Positions 18,493 to 26,936 of a DNA stretch of 36,454 bases are shown one piece after another. Position numbers and translations under genes: made by a program. How positions within the stretch are numbered: position 1 is the first letter of the stretch; each line of letters starts with the position of its first letter. Origin of the DNA: Candidatus Rokuibacteriota bacterium. Its GTDB lineage: Bacteria; Methylomirabilota; Methylomirabilia; Rokubacteriales; DASRDR01. The notes under the pieces are model-generated. The model was not told the DNA's origin, searched no databases, and saw nothing but the letters and a program-made list of their open reading frames with translations. Where the stretch lies: NCBI GenBank assembly GCA_044866005.1, contig JBIOTN010000205.1, positions 1 to 36,454 on the forward strand, written 5' to 3'.

Positions 18493-18675
18493 ATGACGGG
18501 CCGCAGCCTCCTCCTCGCCCGTCCCATGCCCGGCGCCGTGACGGGCTGCGCGCTCGACCCCCTCGTCAAGCCCGCGATGCCGGAGATCACCGTCTGGCAA
18601 CGTCAGCCCGGGCCGGTCGCGCTCCTCATCGTGAATCCGCGCGAGCCGTTCAGGAGCATCCGGTCTCCGCTGTAG
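18493..18675 (+). pseudogene. Possible truncated lipoprotein remnant
   Basis: 60 aa with a degenerate signal peptide and VTGC lipobox-like motif, then ALDPLVKPAMPEITVWQRQPGPVALLI and an early stop. Confidence 0.35.
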
Positions 18676-18717
18676 GCGAAGCGGACGTCGGCTCAGGAGC
18701 GTTCGTAGGAGGTTCAG

Positions 18718-19842
18718 ATGAGAAACCGCAGCAGGGTATCCCTCGGTCTTGTACTGGCCATCCTATGGTCCCCGGGGTGCGCGACGACCAAGCCTGTCGG
18801 CGCGATGATCGCCGAGGGAGTGATCCGCGAGGGCCAGACCTACGAAGAAGTGCGTGCCGTCGCCGGCAAGCCGGCCAGGATCGAGACCTCCATGCTCGAG
18901 GGCGTGCCTCTGACGATCTGGCACTACGTGGAGCCGGACAAGGTCGCCCGGGCCCTGTACCCTGTCGCGGTCATTGGCACTCTGGGCCTGATAGCAGTTA
19001 CCCACCCGGATGGTCTTCCCGGCAGGAGAGATCAGCGAGATTACGTTGTCTTTGCGGATGGCCGAGTCATCGCGCGGAATCGGATGCCCGAGGCTGCGAC
19101 GCTCCGGCAGATCCAGGAGGCGAGGAGAACTGCCTTGCCGAAGGACGATCCAGCCGAGCGGGCGAGAGCCGCAGAGGAAATCAAGACCCAGGCCGAGCGC
19201 AAGGCGCGGGAGGAGGCGGAGCAGCTCGCGAAGGTTCGGGCGGAGGCGGAGCGGGCGGCGCGGGAGCGGGCGGCGGAGACGGCGAAGGCGCGGGCGCAGG
19301 CGCAGCGCGAGGCGCAGGCCCGGGCGGAGCGGGAGGCGAAGGAAGGGGCCTCGGGGCTGGCTGGCGCGGACTGGGCGCGGCGGCGGCCGCTGGCCGAGGC
19401 GGCGGTCGGCCAGGCGGCGCAGGCCGAGGCGCGGGGCGATGTGGCGGGGGCCCTCCGCGCCTACCACCGGGGCTGGCTCCTGGTCTACCGGGACGAGGAC
19501 GAGGCGCTGCGGGGGCGGGTGGAGGAGGCGCTGGCCCGGCTCGTCGCGCGGCTGGCGGAGAAGCCGGCGGCCGACGAGGCGGCGCGGCGGCACGCCGTCC
19601 AGGGGGACGCCTACTTCGACGCCCGGCGCTTCGACGAGGCGGCGGCGGCCTACACGCGGCTCCTCGCGGTGGCGCCGTGGCACGCGGTCGGCCGCTACAA
19701 CCTGGCCCTCGCGCTGGCGGCGCAGGAGCGGTACGGGGAGGCGATCGCCGAGATGCGGCGCTTCCTCCTGCTGATCCCCGAGGGGCCGACGGCGCGGACG
19801 GCGCAGGACACCATCTACAAGTGGGAGACCCAGCTCCGATAG
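18718..19842 (+). CDS. Putative lipoprotein: SmpA/OmlA(BamE)-like N-terminal domain plus the same coiled-coil/TPR module
   Basis: AGGAGG RBS, WSPGC lipobox-like motif, IREGQTYEEVRAVAGKP...IWHY, C-terminal 216 aa colinear with 16133..17434. Confidence 0.85.
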   Translation: MRNRSRVSLGLVLAILWSPGCATTKPVGAMIAEGVIREGQTYEEVRAVAGKPARIETSMLEGVPLTIWHYVEPDKVARALYPVAVIGTLGLIAVTHPDGLPGRRDQRDYVVFADGRVIARNRMPEAATLRQIQEARRTALPKDDPAERARAAEEIKTQAERKAREEAEQLAKVRAEAERAARERAAETAKARAQAQREAQARAEREAKEGASGLAGADWARRRPLAEAAVGQAAQAEARGDVAGALRAYHRGWLLVYRDEDEALRGRVEEALARLVARLAEKPAADEAARRHAVQGDAYFDARRFDEAAAAYTRLLAVAPWHAVGRYNLALALAAQERYGEAIAEMRRFLLLIPEGPTARTAQDTIYKWETQLR

Positions 19843-19935
19843 ACGGCGGCGATCCCCGCCCCGCCCCCCTCTTGACAAAAGACCCGTGCTCTCTGCGAAT
19901 GAGGGAAACCGACCGCCGAGACAGGGGGAGAAACC

Positions 19936-20820
19936 ATGGACCGACGAACCGTGCTACGGCTGGCGATGGGGATGGCGGCGACCGGGGCGCTCCGCGGCGT
20001 CCGTCCGGCGCTCGCCCAGGCCCCGCTCTTCGAGACCCGCAAGATCACCGACACCGTGTACGTCTTCCGCTACCAGAACCACCAGTCCATGTTCGTCGTG
20101 ACGCCCGACGGCGTCATCGCCACCGACCCCATCGGCTACCTCCGGCCCCAGGCCGTGACGACCTACGTCGACGAGATCCGGAAGGTCACCCCGGCGCCGA
20201 TTCGCTGGCTGGTGTACAGCCACCACCACTACGACCACATCGATGGCGGCAAGCCGTTCAAGGACGCCGGCGCCACGTTCATCGCCCACCGGAGCGCCCG
20301 GCGGCACCTGGAAGCCCTCAAGCGCCCGAGCGTCGTCCTCCCGGACGAGGTCGTGGACGACTTTCGCGCCCTCGAGCTGGGCAGCGTCCGGCTCGAGCTC
20401 TCCTACGTCGGGCGCAACCACTCGGACAACAGCCTGGTGATGCGCCTGCCGAAGGAGCGGCTCCTCTTCACGGTGGACTTCATCCCCATCGAGACCGTGA
20501 ACTTCCGCAACATGCTGGACAGCTTCCTGCCGGACTGGTTCGACTCGCTCGACCGGGTCATCGCCATGGACTGGGACCGGATGATCCCGGGCCACCCCTA
20601 CGCCGGCGGGCGCCTCGGCACGAAGGACGACGTCCGCAACCTCCGGCAGTTCATGACCGAGCTCTCGGACGCCGTGCGCCCGGCCGCGGAGCAGGGCAAG
20701 TGCTGGGACACGGCGATGAAAGAGGTGCGGCTGCCGAAGTACGAGAAGTGGGGGAACTACGAGCAGCAGATCGCGGGCAACATCGAGCGCTTCTGCTCCT
20801 ACTGGGCGCGCGGCTATTGA
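19936..20820 (+). CDS. Metallo-beta-lactamase-fold hydrolase with Tat signal
   Basis: MDRRTVLR twin-arginine motif; SHHHYDH, GRNHSD, IPGH. Confidence 0.9.
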   Translation: MDRRTVLRLAMGMAATGALRGVRPALAQAPLFETRKITDTVYVFRYQNHQSMFVVTPDGVIATDPIGYLRPQAVTTYVDEIRKVTPAPIRWLVYSHHHYDHIDGGKPFKDAGATFIAHRSARRHLEALKRPSVVLPDEVVDDFRALELGSVRLELSYVGRNHSDNSLVMRLPKERLLFTVDFIPIETVNFRNMLDSFLPDWFDSLDRVIAMDWDRMIPGHPYAGGRLGTKDDVRNLRQFMTELSDAVRPAAEQGKCWDTAMKEVRLPKYEKWGNYEQQIAGNIERFCSYWARGY

Positions 20821-20856
20821 GCCGTCGCCGCGCGATGCCGAAGGGGGCCGGTCCGG

Positions 20857-21003
20857 TCAGTCGTCCCGTGCGCCGGCCCGGCGCCGGAGCGTCGCGATCT
20901 CGGGCGACTGCCAGGCGAACTTGAGCGCCGGGTTGCCGGCGTGGTCGCGCGCGTCGACGGCCGCGCCGGCCGCGAGGAGCGCCCGGACGATCTCGGGACA
21001 TGC
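20857..21003 (-). pseudogene. Ankyrin-repeat gene remnant (C-terminal 48 codons)
   Basis: Translates ACPEIVRALLAAGAAVDARDHAGNPALKFAWQSPEIATLRRRAGARDD*. An in-frame TGA lies immediately upstream (21006-21004) and there is no start codon. Confidence 0.7.
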
Positions 21004-21045
21004 TCACACGAGCCGCCGCGGCGCGGTGTAGCGGAGTCGCACGGG

Positions 21046-22035
21046 ATGCGCTTCGGCGTCTACCTGCCCACGTACGCCTGGCCGGACCCCGCCCCGGCCC
21101 GGGCCGCGCGCGTGGAGGCGTTCGCCCGGCGCGCCGAGGCGCTCGGCTTCGACGCCCTCTGGGTGGGGGAGCACTTCCTGGTGGCCGGCCACTACGGGAC
21201 GGCCTGGATGTCGCCGCTTCTCTGCCTTGCCCACGCTGCCGCCGTCACGACGCGGATCCGCCTGGCGACCGGCGTGCTGGTGTTGCCCTACCACCATCCG
21301 CTCCCGCTGGCCCGCGAGCTCCAGACCCTCCACCACCTCTCGGGCGGGCGCCTGGTGCTCGGCGTCGGGCCCGGCTGGGACGCCCACGAGTTCGAGTCGC
21401 TGGGGCTGCGCCTGGCCGAGCGCGGGGGCCGGACCGACGAGTGTCTCGCGGCGCTCAGGCGCCTCCTCACCGAGCCCGACGTGAGCTTCGAGGGGCGCTT
21501 CTACCGGTTCCGCCAGGCGACCATCGCGCCGCTCCTGCCGCGGTTCCCGGAGCTCTGGGTCGCCGGCGGCTCGAAGGTCGCGAGCGCCGTCTCGCCCGAC
21601 CCGCCGCGCCTGGCGCCCGGGGTGCTGCGCCGGATCGCCGCCGCGGACGGCTGGCTGGCGCGGGGCGACGCGACGCCGGCGATGCTGCGCGCCGACCTCC
21701 GCGCCATCCGCGACCACCTCGTGGCCCAGGGGCGCGACCCGCGCACCCTCCGCTACGGCCACTACAACTTCGTCCACCTGGTGGACGCGACGGATCGCGA
21801 GGCGGCGCTCCGCCTCCAGCGCCCCGTCTTCGAGCGCGCCATGGGGCCGCACCGCTCCTTCGCCGAGCTGCAGGAGACCTACTTCACCGGAACGACCGCG
21901 GAGATCCGCCGGCGCGTCGCCGAGCTCCGCCGCGACGGCTTCGAGTACCTGGTCCTCGCGACGGTCGGCGACGACCTGGACCAGCTCGAGCGGATCGCCA
22001 GCGAGATCGTCCGGCCGCTCGCGGCGGCGCCTTGA
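21046..22035 (+). CDS. LLM-class flavin-dependent oxidoreductase
   Basis: MRFGVYLP...AEALGFDALWVGEH...TTRIRLATGVLVLP...SGGRLVLGVGPGW. Confidence 0.92.
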   Translation: MRFGVYLPTYAWPDPAPARAARVEAFARRAEALGFDALWVGEHFLVAGHYGTAWMSPLLCLAHAAAVTTRIRLATGVLVLPYHHPLPLARELQTLHHLSGGRLVLGVGPGWDAHEFESLGLRLAERGGRTDECLAALRRLLTEPDVSFEGRFYRFRQATIAPLLPRFPELWVAGGSKVASAVSPDPPRLAPGVLRRIAAADGWLARGDATPAMLRADLRAIRDHLVAQGRDPRTLRYGHYNFVHLVDATDREAALRLQRPVFERAMGPHRSFAELQETYFTGTTAEIRRRVAELRRDGFEYLVLATVGDDLDQLERIASEIVRPLAAAP

Positions 22036-22061
22036 CACGGCTTCCGCCACCCGCCTAGACT
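22032..22061 (+). promoter_or_regulatory. Putative sigma70-type promoter overlapping the upstream stop codon
   Basis: TTGACA-N18-TAGACT; the LLM stop TGA (22033-22035) lies inside the -35 box. Confidence 0.6.
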
Positions 22062-22128
22062 CCCCGCCGTACCCCCGCGGTCACCACGCGCGGTTGTCCG
22101 CCGCCGCCCTGCAGAGGAGGGCCGACGC

Positions 22129-22608
22129 ATGAAGGTCGAGCAGAAGCTCCGGAAGATGGGCCTCGCGCTCCCCGACTTCGGCCGGGCGACCTACTACGGG
22201 GCCACCTACGGGAAGATGAAGCCGTTTCATCGGACCGGGAAGCTCCTGTTCCTGTCGGGCCACATCCCGGAACGGGACGGGAAGATCCTCCACCCGGGCC
22301 GGCTCGGGCAGACGGTCACGATCGAGCAAGGGTACGAGGCGGCGCGGCTCACCGGCCTCAACTGTCTGGCCGGCCTCAAGCAGGCCCTCGGCAACCTCGA
22401 CAAGGTCGTGGCGATCGTCCGCACCCTCAACTTCGTGGTCTGCACCCCCGAGTTCTACGACGTCCACAAGGTCTCGAGCGGCCTCACCGACCTGCTGGCG
22501 GAGGTCTTCGGTCCGGAGAAGGGGATCGGCGGCCGCGCCACGATCGGCGTCATGAGCCTGGCCCGGAACAACTGCTTCGAGACCTGGCTCACGGCCGAGG
22601 TCCGCTGA
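22129..22608 (+). CDS. RidA/YjgF/YER057c/UK114 family protein
   Basis: GKLLFLSGHIP, GYEAARLTGLNCL, EVFGPEKGIGGRATIGVMSL (Arg retained). Confidence 0.9.
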   Translation: MKVEQKLRKMGLALPDFGRATYYGATYGKMKPFHRTGKLLFLSGHIPERDGKILHPGRLGQTVTIEQGYEAARLTGLNCLAGLKQALGNLDKVVAIVRTLNFVVCTPEFYDVHKVSSGLTDLLAEVFGPEKGIGGRATIGVMSLARNNCFETWLTAEVR

Positions 22609-22645
22609 TCGCCGCGTCCAGCCCCCACGGCTCCCGGGCCTGTCG

Positions 22646-23143
22646 ATGCCGACCCAGGGCGCCCCAGCGTCGGATCTCCCGCCGCCCGAGCTGACCGCGG
22701 CCGCGGCGCGGGCGGTCCAGACGGCGCGCGCCCGCTTCGGGGTCCGGCGAGCCGCGCTCTTCTGGCGCCCGGCCGGCGGGGAGGCGCTGATCTGCATCGC
22801 CTCGGCGGCGGAGAGCGGCGCCGAGGGCTGGCTCGGCCGCGCCCTGGCGCCCGGGGTGGGGGTGGCGGGACGCGCGGTGGCCGAGGGCCGCGCGGTCTGG
22901 TCGCCGGATCTGCTCGCCGATCCGCGGGTCCCGCTCGCGCCCTGGCTCCGGGAGCGCCTCGAGCAGGAGAGCCTCCGCGCGGTCGCCGCGGCGCCGCTGC
23001 CCGTCGGGGGCGTCGCGCGCGGCGCGCTCGGCCTCCTCGACCGGGCCGGGCGGACGTTCGACGACGCGGAGCTCGGCGCGCTGGAGCGGTTGGGGGAGGA
23101 GGTCGCCCGGGACCTCCAGCGAGCCGTGGCGCCGGGCCGATAA
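22646..23143 (+). CDS. Stand-alone GAF domain protein
   Basis: GVGVAGRAVAEGRAVWSPDLLADPR...AVAAAPL...GALGLLDRAGRTFDDAE. Confidence 0.85.
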   Translation: MPTQGAPASDLPPPELTAAAARAVQTARARFGVRRAALFWRPAGGEALICIASAAESGAEGWLGRALAPGVGVAGRAVAEGRAVWSPDLLADPRVPLAPWLRERLEQESLRAVAAAPLPVGGVARGALGLLDRAGRTFDDAELGALERLGEEVARDLQRAVAPGR

Positions 23144-23292
23144 CCGTCGCATCCCGGTGTCCTCGGGCCTCGGCGCGCCTCAACGTATGCGGCATACGCC
23201 TCGGTGCGCCTCGGCCCTGCGTCCTAGGGCTGCTCGGTTCTCGGCCCAGCGAGCCGTGGCGCCGGGCCGATAACCGTCGCATCCCGGTGTCC
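23116..23292 (+). repeat. Exact 47-bp direct repeat (23116-23162 and 23246-23292)
   Basis: CCAGCGAGCCGTGGCGCCGGGCCGATAACCGTCGCATCCCGGTGTCC occurs twice with a 130-bp period. Confidence 0.95.
23134..23247. repeat. 114-bp imperfect inverted-repeat (long hairpin) element
   Basis: Centre CGTATGC-G-GCATACG, termini GGGCCGATAACCG / CGGTTCTCGGCCC, stems interrupted by TC-opposite-TC internal loops. Confidence 0.8.
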
Positions 23293-23443
23293 GGCATCAC
23301 GGCCGGGACGCGCTCGGCCTGCGGCCTCGCGGCCGTCCCGGCCTCTGGGGCCCTCCGGTGTTGCCCCGATGGGCCTGCCTGCCGCCAGCGTGTACGCTGG
23401 CGAGCGCTGCCGCTTCGGCCACTTTCCGATGGGGAGGGTCAAT

Positions 23444-26400
23444 GTGTCGGGGCTCGGCGATCTGCCTGACTGGGTGCGCTTCCTGGAGGGAGCACTCCAG
23501 GAGCTTCCCGCCGCCATCCTGGTCGCCGACGCGCCCTCCGGCCGGCTCCTCCTCGCGACCGACCACGTCAAGCGCCTCTGGCGGCAGCCCTTTCTGCCCG
23601 CCGCCCGCATCGAGGAGTCCGACCAGTATCGCGGCTTCCACGCCGACGGGCGACCGTACCGGCATGCTGAGTGGCCGCTGGCGCGATCCGTGCGGACGGG
23701 CGAGGTGGTCACGGCCGAGCCCATCGCGGTCCTGCGCGGCGACGGCACGCGAGGCCTGTTCCAGGTCAGCGCGATCCCCGTGCGGGACGAGACGGGCGGC
23801 ATCCTGGCGGCGGCGACCTTCTTCCACGAGGGCGCGTCCCGCGAGGAGATCGAGACCGGGCTGAGAGAGGCCGGCACGCTGATCCGCGCCGCCATGCGGG
23901 GGGCGGCGGCGCTCGGGCGGCCGCCTGACGCCGCGGGGGGCCCGCCACGGGCAGACCTGGAGACCCGGCTCGCCCGCGAGCAGGCGACGCGCGCGGAGGC
24001 CGAGGCCTCCGTCGAGCAGCTCCGGCGGCTTCAGCGCGTGACCGACGCCGCGCTGGCCCGGCTCGAGCTCCACGAGGTGCCGCGCCGGCTCCTGCGCCGC
24101 GTCCGTCAGGCCCTGGACGCCGACACGGCGACGGTGCTCCGCCTCGACGAGGTTCGCGGCGAGCTCGTGATGCTCGACTCGGACGGCCTCCGCGAGGACG
24201 TCGGCGAGCACACGCGCGTGCCGCTCGACCGCGGCGTCGCGGCGAGCATCGCGGCGCGGCGACAACCCCTGATCGTCGAGGACCTGTCGCAGGTCGAGGT
24301 CGTCAGCTCGTTCCTGAAGACCCGGGTGAAGTCGCTGCTCGGCGCGCCCCTCGTGGTGGAAGACCGCGTGATCGGCGTCGTCCACGTCGGGACGATCGAG
24401 CCCCGGCGCTTCAGCCGCGCCGACGTCGAGCTGATGCAGCTCGTCGCCGACCGGCTGGCCCTCGTCGTGCAGCAGGCGCGCCTGCACGCGCGGGAGCGCG
24501 CGGCGCGGGCCGAGGCGGAGGCGGCGAGCCGCGAGGCGCGGATCCTGGCGGAGCTCAATCGCGCGATCAGCATGGCGCTGAGCCTGGACGAGGTCTTGCA
24601 GCGCGTCACCGAAGGGGCGAAGGAGGTCTGCGGGAGCGACTGGGCGCACATCTCGCTGCGGGACGGGGAGGCGGACGCGCTGGTCGTGCGCTACGAGATC
24701 GGCGCGCTACAGCCGCTGGCCGGGACGCTCCGGATCGAGGCCGGCAAGGGGATGGAGGGCGAGGTCCTGGTGACCGGCCGGCCGTTCCGGACGGAGGACT
24801 ACGCGGCGGACCCCCGGATCGATCCGAGCTATCTGGACGAGGCCCGCCGCCAGGGGGTCGTCGCGCAGCTCGCGGTGCCGATCCTGCTCGACGATCGCGT
24901 GGCGGGCGTCCTCTGCGTGGGCCTTCGCACGCGGCGGCCGTTCACCGAGCGGGACGAGGCGGTCCTGGGCCGGCTGGCCGACCACGCCGCGATCGCGATC
25001 CGCAACGTCCAGCTCTTCGCCCGCGAGCACGCCGCCCGCGCCGACGCCGAGACCGCGCAGCGTCGCGCGGAGTTCCTGGCGCGCGCGGGCACCATCCTCG
25101 CCTCGTCCCTCGACTACAAGACGACGCTCGGGAGCGTGGCGGAGCTGAGCGTGCCGATCCTCGGCGACTGGTACCTCGTCCACCTCGTCCAGGAAGACCG
25201 CTCGCTGCGCCGCGTCGCCATCGCCCACGCGGACCCCGCCGCGGTCCAGCTCGCGTGGGAGGTCGAGCGGCGTTACCCGATCCGGGCCGACGACCCGCAC
25301 GGTCCGGGCAGGGTCCTGCGGACGGGCCAGGCCGTCCTCATCCCCGAGATCTCCGACGCCCGACTGGCCGCCGCGGCCCGCGATCCCGAGCACCTCGAGC
25401 TCCTGCGCCGCCTGGGCCTCGTGTCGTACATCTGCGTGCCGCTGACGGCCGGAGGCCGCACCCTCGGGACGATCACGCTCGCCACGGCGGCGTCGGGCCG
25501 GCGGTACACGGAGCGCGACGTCGCGCTCGCGGAGGACCTCGGCCGCCGCGCCGCGCTCGCGGTGGACAACGCCCGGCTCTACGCCGAGGCCCAGCGCGCC
25601 AACCGCGCCAAGGACCAGTTCCTCGCGATGCTCGGCCACGAGCTCCGGAACCCGCTGGGGGCGATCCGCAGCGCGATGGCGGTCGTCCTGCGCCGGCTCC
25701 GGAGCGACGACGCGCCGCTCCAGCAGATGGGCGAGATCATCGCGCGACAGAGCCAGCACCTGGCCCGGCTGGTCGATGACCTCCTCGACGTGGCGCGGGT
25801 CACCTCGGGCAAGATCACCCTGGAGCGGCGGCCGGTGGACCTCCTGGAAGTGGCCGCGCGGGCGGTCGCCTCGCTCGAGGCGAGCGGTCGGGGCGGGTCG
25901 CACGACATCCGGATCGTGGGCCCGTCGCTCTCCGTGGAAGGGGATCCCACGCGGCTCGCGCAGGTCGTGGGGAACCTCCTCGACAACGCGGTGAAGTACA
26001 CACCGTCGGGCGGCCGCGTCACCGTCGGCGTGGCGAAGGAGGAGGGCCAGGCGGTCGTCCGGGTGACGGACAGCGGGGCCGGGATCTCCCCGGAGATGCT
26101 CGCGCGGATCTTCGACCTGTTCGTCCAGGAGCGCGAGTCGATCGACCGGTCGCAGGGAGGGCTCGGGCTCGGCCTCGCGCTCGTCAGGCGCCTCGTCGAG
26201 ATGCACGGCGGCACGGTGCAGGCCATGAGCCGGGGCCCGGACACAGGCAGCGAGTTCGCGATCCGGCTGCCGCTGCTGTCCGCCACCGCGTCCGGGATGC
26301 CCGCCCCCACGGCGCCGCCGGCGCCGGCGTCGAGACACGTGCTGCTGGTCGAGGACAACGAGGACGCCCGGGATGCGCTCCGGGCGGCCCTCGAGCTGGA

Positions 26401-26701
26401 CGGCCACCACGTGGACGTGGCCGAGGACGGCGAAACCGGCCTGACGAAGCTCCTCATGCTGCGTCCCGAGGTCGCGCTGATCGACATCGGGCTGCCCAGA
26501 CGCGACGGCTACGCGCTGGCGCGGGCCGTCCGGGCGACGCCGGGCACCGAGGGCATCCGCCTGGTCGCGGTCACGGGGTACGGACAGCCGGAGGATCGGC
26601 GCCGGGCGTTCGAGGCCGGCTTCCAGGCGCACCTCATCAAACCCGTCGATCCGCAGGAGCTGGCCCGCGTGCTCGCCGACGCCCCCGAGTCGGCGGCGTG
26701 A
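23444..26701 (+). CDS. Hybrid sensor histidine kinase PAS-GAF-GAF-GAF-HisKA-HATPase-REC
   Basis: H-box FLAMLGHELRNPL, N-box NLLDNAVKY, G boxes DSGAGI and GGLGLGL, receiver LLVEDN...LIDIGLP...KPVD. Start chosen after GGGAGG; the ORF extends to 23369. Confidence 0.93.
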   Translation: MSGLGDLPDWVRFLEGALQELPAAILVADAPSGRLLLATDHVKRLWRQPFLPAARIEESDQYRGFHADGRPYRHAEWPLARSVRTGEVVTAEPIAVLRGDGTRGLFQVSAIPVRDETGGILAAATFFHEGASREEIETGLREAGTLIRAAMRGAAALGRPPDAAGGPPRADLETRLAREQATRAEAEASVEQLRRLQRVTDAALARLELHEVPRRLLRRVRQALDADTATVLRLDEVRGELVMLDSDGLREDVGEHTRVPLDRGVAASIAARRQPLIVEDLSQVEVVSSFLKTRVKSLLGAPLVVEDRVIGVVHVGTIEPRRFSRADVELMQLVADRLALVVQQARLHARERAARAEAEAASREARILAELNRAISMALSLDEVLQRVTEGAKEVCGSDWAHISLRDGEADALVVRYEIGALQPLAGTLRIEAGKGMEGEVLVTGRPFRTEDYAADPRIDPSYLDEARRQGVVAQLAVPILLDDRVAGVLCVGLRTRRPFTERDEAVLGRLADHAAIAIRNVQLFAREHAARADAETAQRRAEFLARAGTILASSLDYKTTLGSVAELSVPILGDWYLVHLVQEDRSLRRVAIAHADPAAVQLAWEVERRYPIRADDPHGPGRVLRTGQAVLIPEISDARLAAAARDPEHLELLRRLGLVSYICVPLTAGGRTLGTITLATAASGRRYTERDVALAEDLGRRAALAVDNARLYAEAQRANRAKDQFLAMLGHELRNPLGAIRSAMAVVLRRLRSDDAPLQQMGEIIARQSQHLARLVDDLLDVARVTSGKITLERRPVDLLEVAARAVASLEASGRGGSHDIRIVGPSLSVEGDPTRLAQVVGNLLDNAVKYTPSGGRVTVGVAKEEGQAVVRVTDSGAGISPEMLARIFDLFVQERESIDRSQGGLGLGLALVRRLVEMHGGTVQAMSRGPDTGSEFAIRLPLLSATASGMPAPTAPPAPASRHVLLVEDNEDARDALRAALELDGHHVDVAEDGETGLTKLLMLRPEVALIDIGLPRRDGYALARAVRATPGTEGIRLVAVTGYGQPEDRRRAFEAGFQAHLIKPVDPQELARVLADAPESAA

Positions 26702-26808
26702 CCGCCGCGGAGCCGGTCGGCTCGAGCCGGCCGATCCCGCACCGGCACGCCTCCGCGCGCGCGGCGACCGGCGCCGCCGGTCCGGCCCGCGGCCGCGTCC
26801 GACTCGCC

Positions 26809-26837
26809 TTGACCGCCTCGGACCCCGCCGCTAGACT
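26809..26837 (+). promoter_or_regulatory. Putative sigma70-type promoter
   Basis: TTGACC-N17-TAGACT. Confidence 0.5.
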
Positions 26838-26936
26838 GTCTGAGCCGCGATGACGAGCGTCGGGCCGCGTCTGGCGCCCGGGTCGTCGCGCGTCGCGGTC
26901 GGGCCGTTGCCCCGGCATCGGGTAGCCCGAGGAGGC

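Larger units (their letters stand above)
16784..19842 (+). repeat. Dispersed 651-bp duplication (16784-17434 and 19192-19842)
   Basis: Gap-free protein alignment from AERKAREEAEQ to YKWETQLR, 39 mismatches in 216 aa by hand count (about 82% identity). Confidence 0.9.

Noticed and set aside
16784..19842. Duplicated TPR module as a diversity-generating retroelement TR/VR pair
   Set aside because: Both copies are coding and 651 bp long, the differences include many C/G changes rather than adenine-specific ones, and there is no reverse transcriptase in the window.
19872..19900. TTGACA upstream of the MBL gene as a full promoter
   Set aside because: The -35 box is perfect but there is no convincing -10 (GCGAAT at 17 bp), so it is not listed as a feature.
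23116..23292. 47-bp direct repeat as a mini-CRISPR or attL/attR pair
   Set aside because: There are only two copies, the 83-bp intervening sequence is part of a palindrome, the repeat includes coding sequence, and no cas or integrase gene is nearby.
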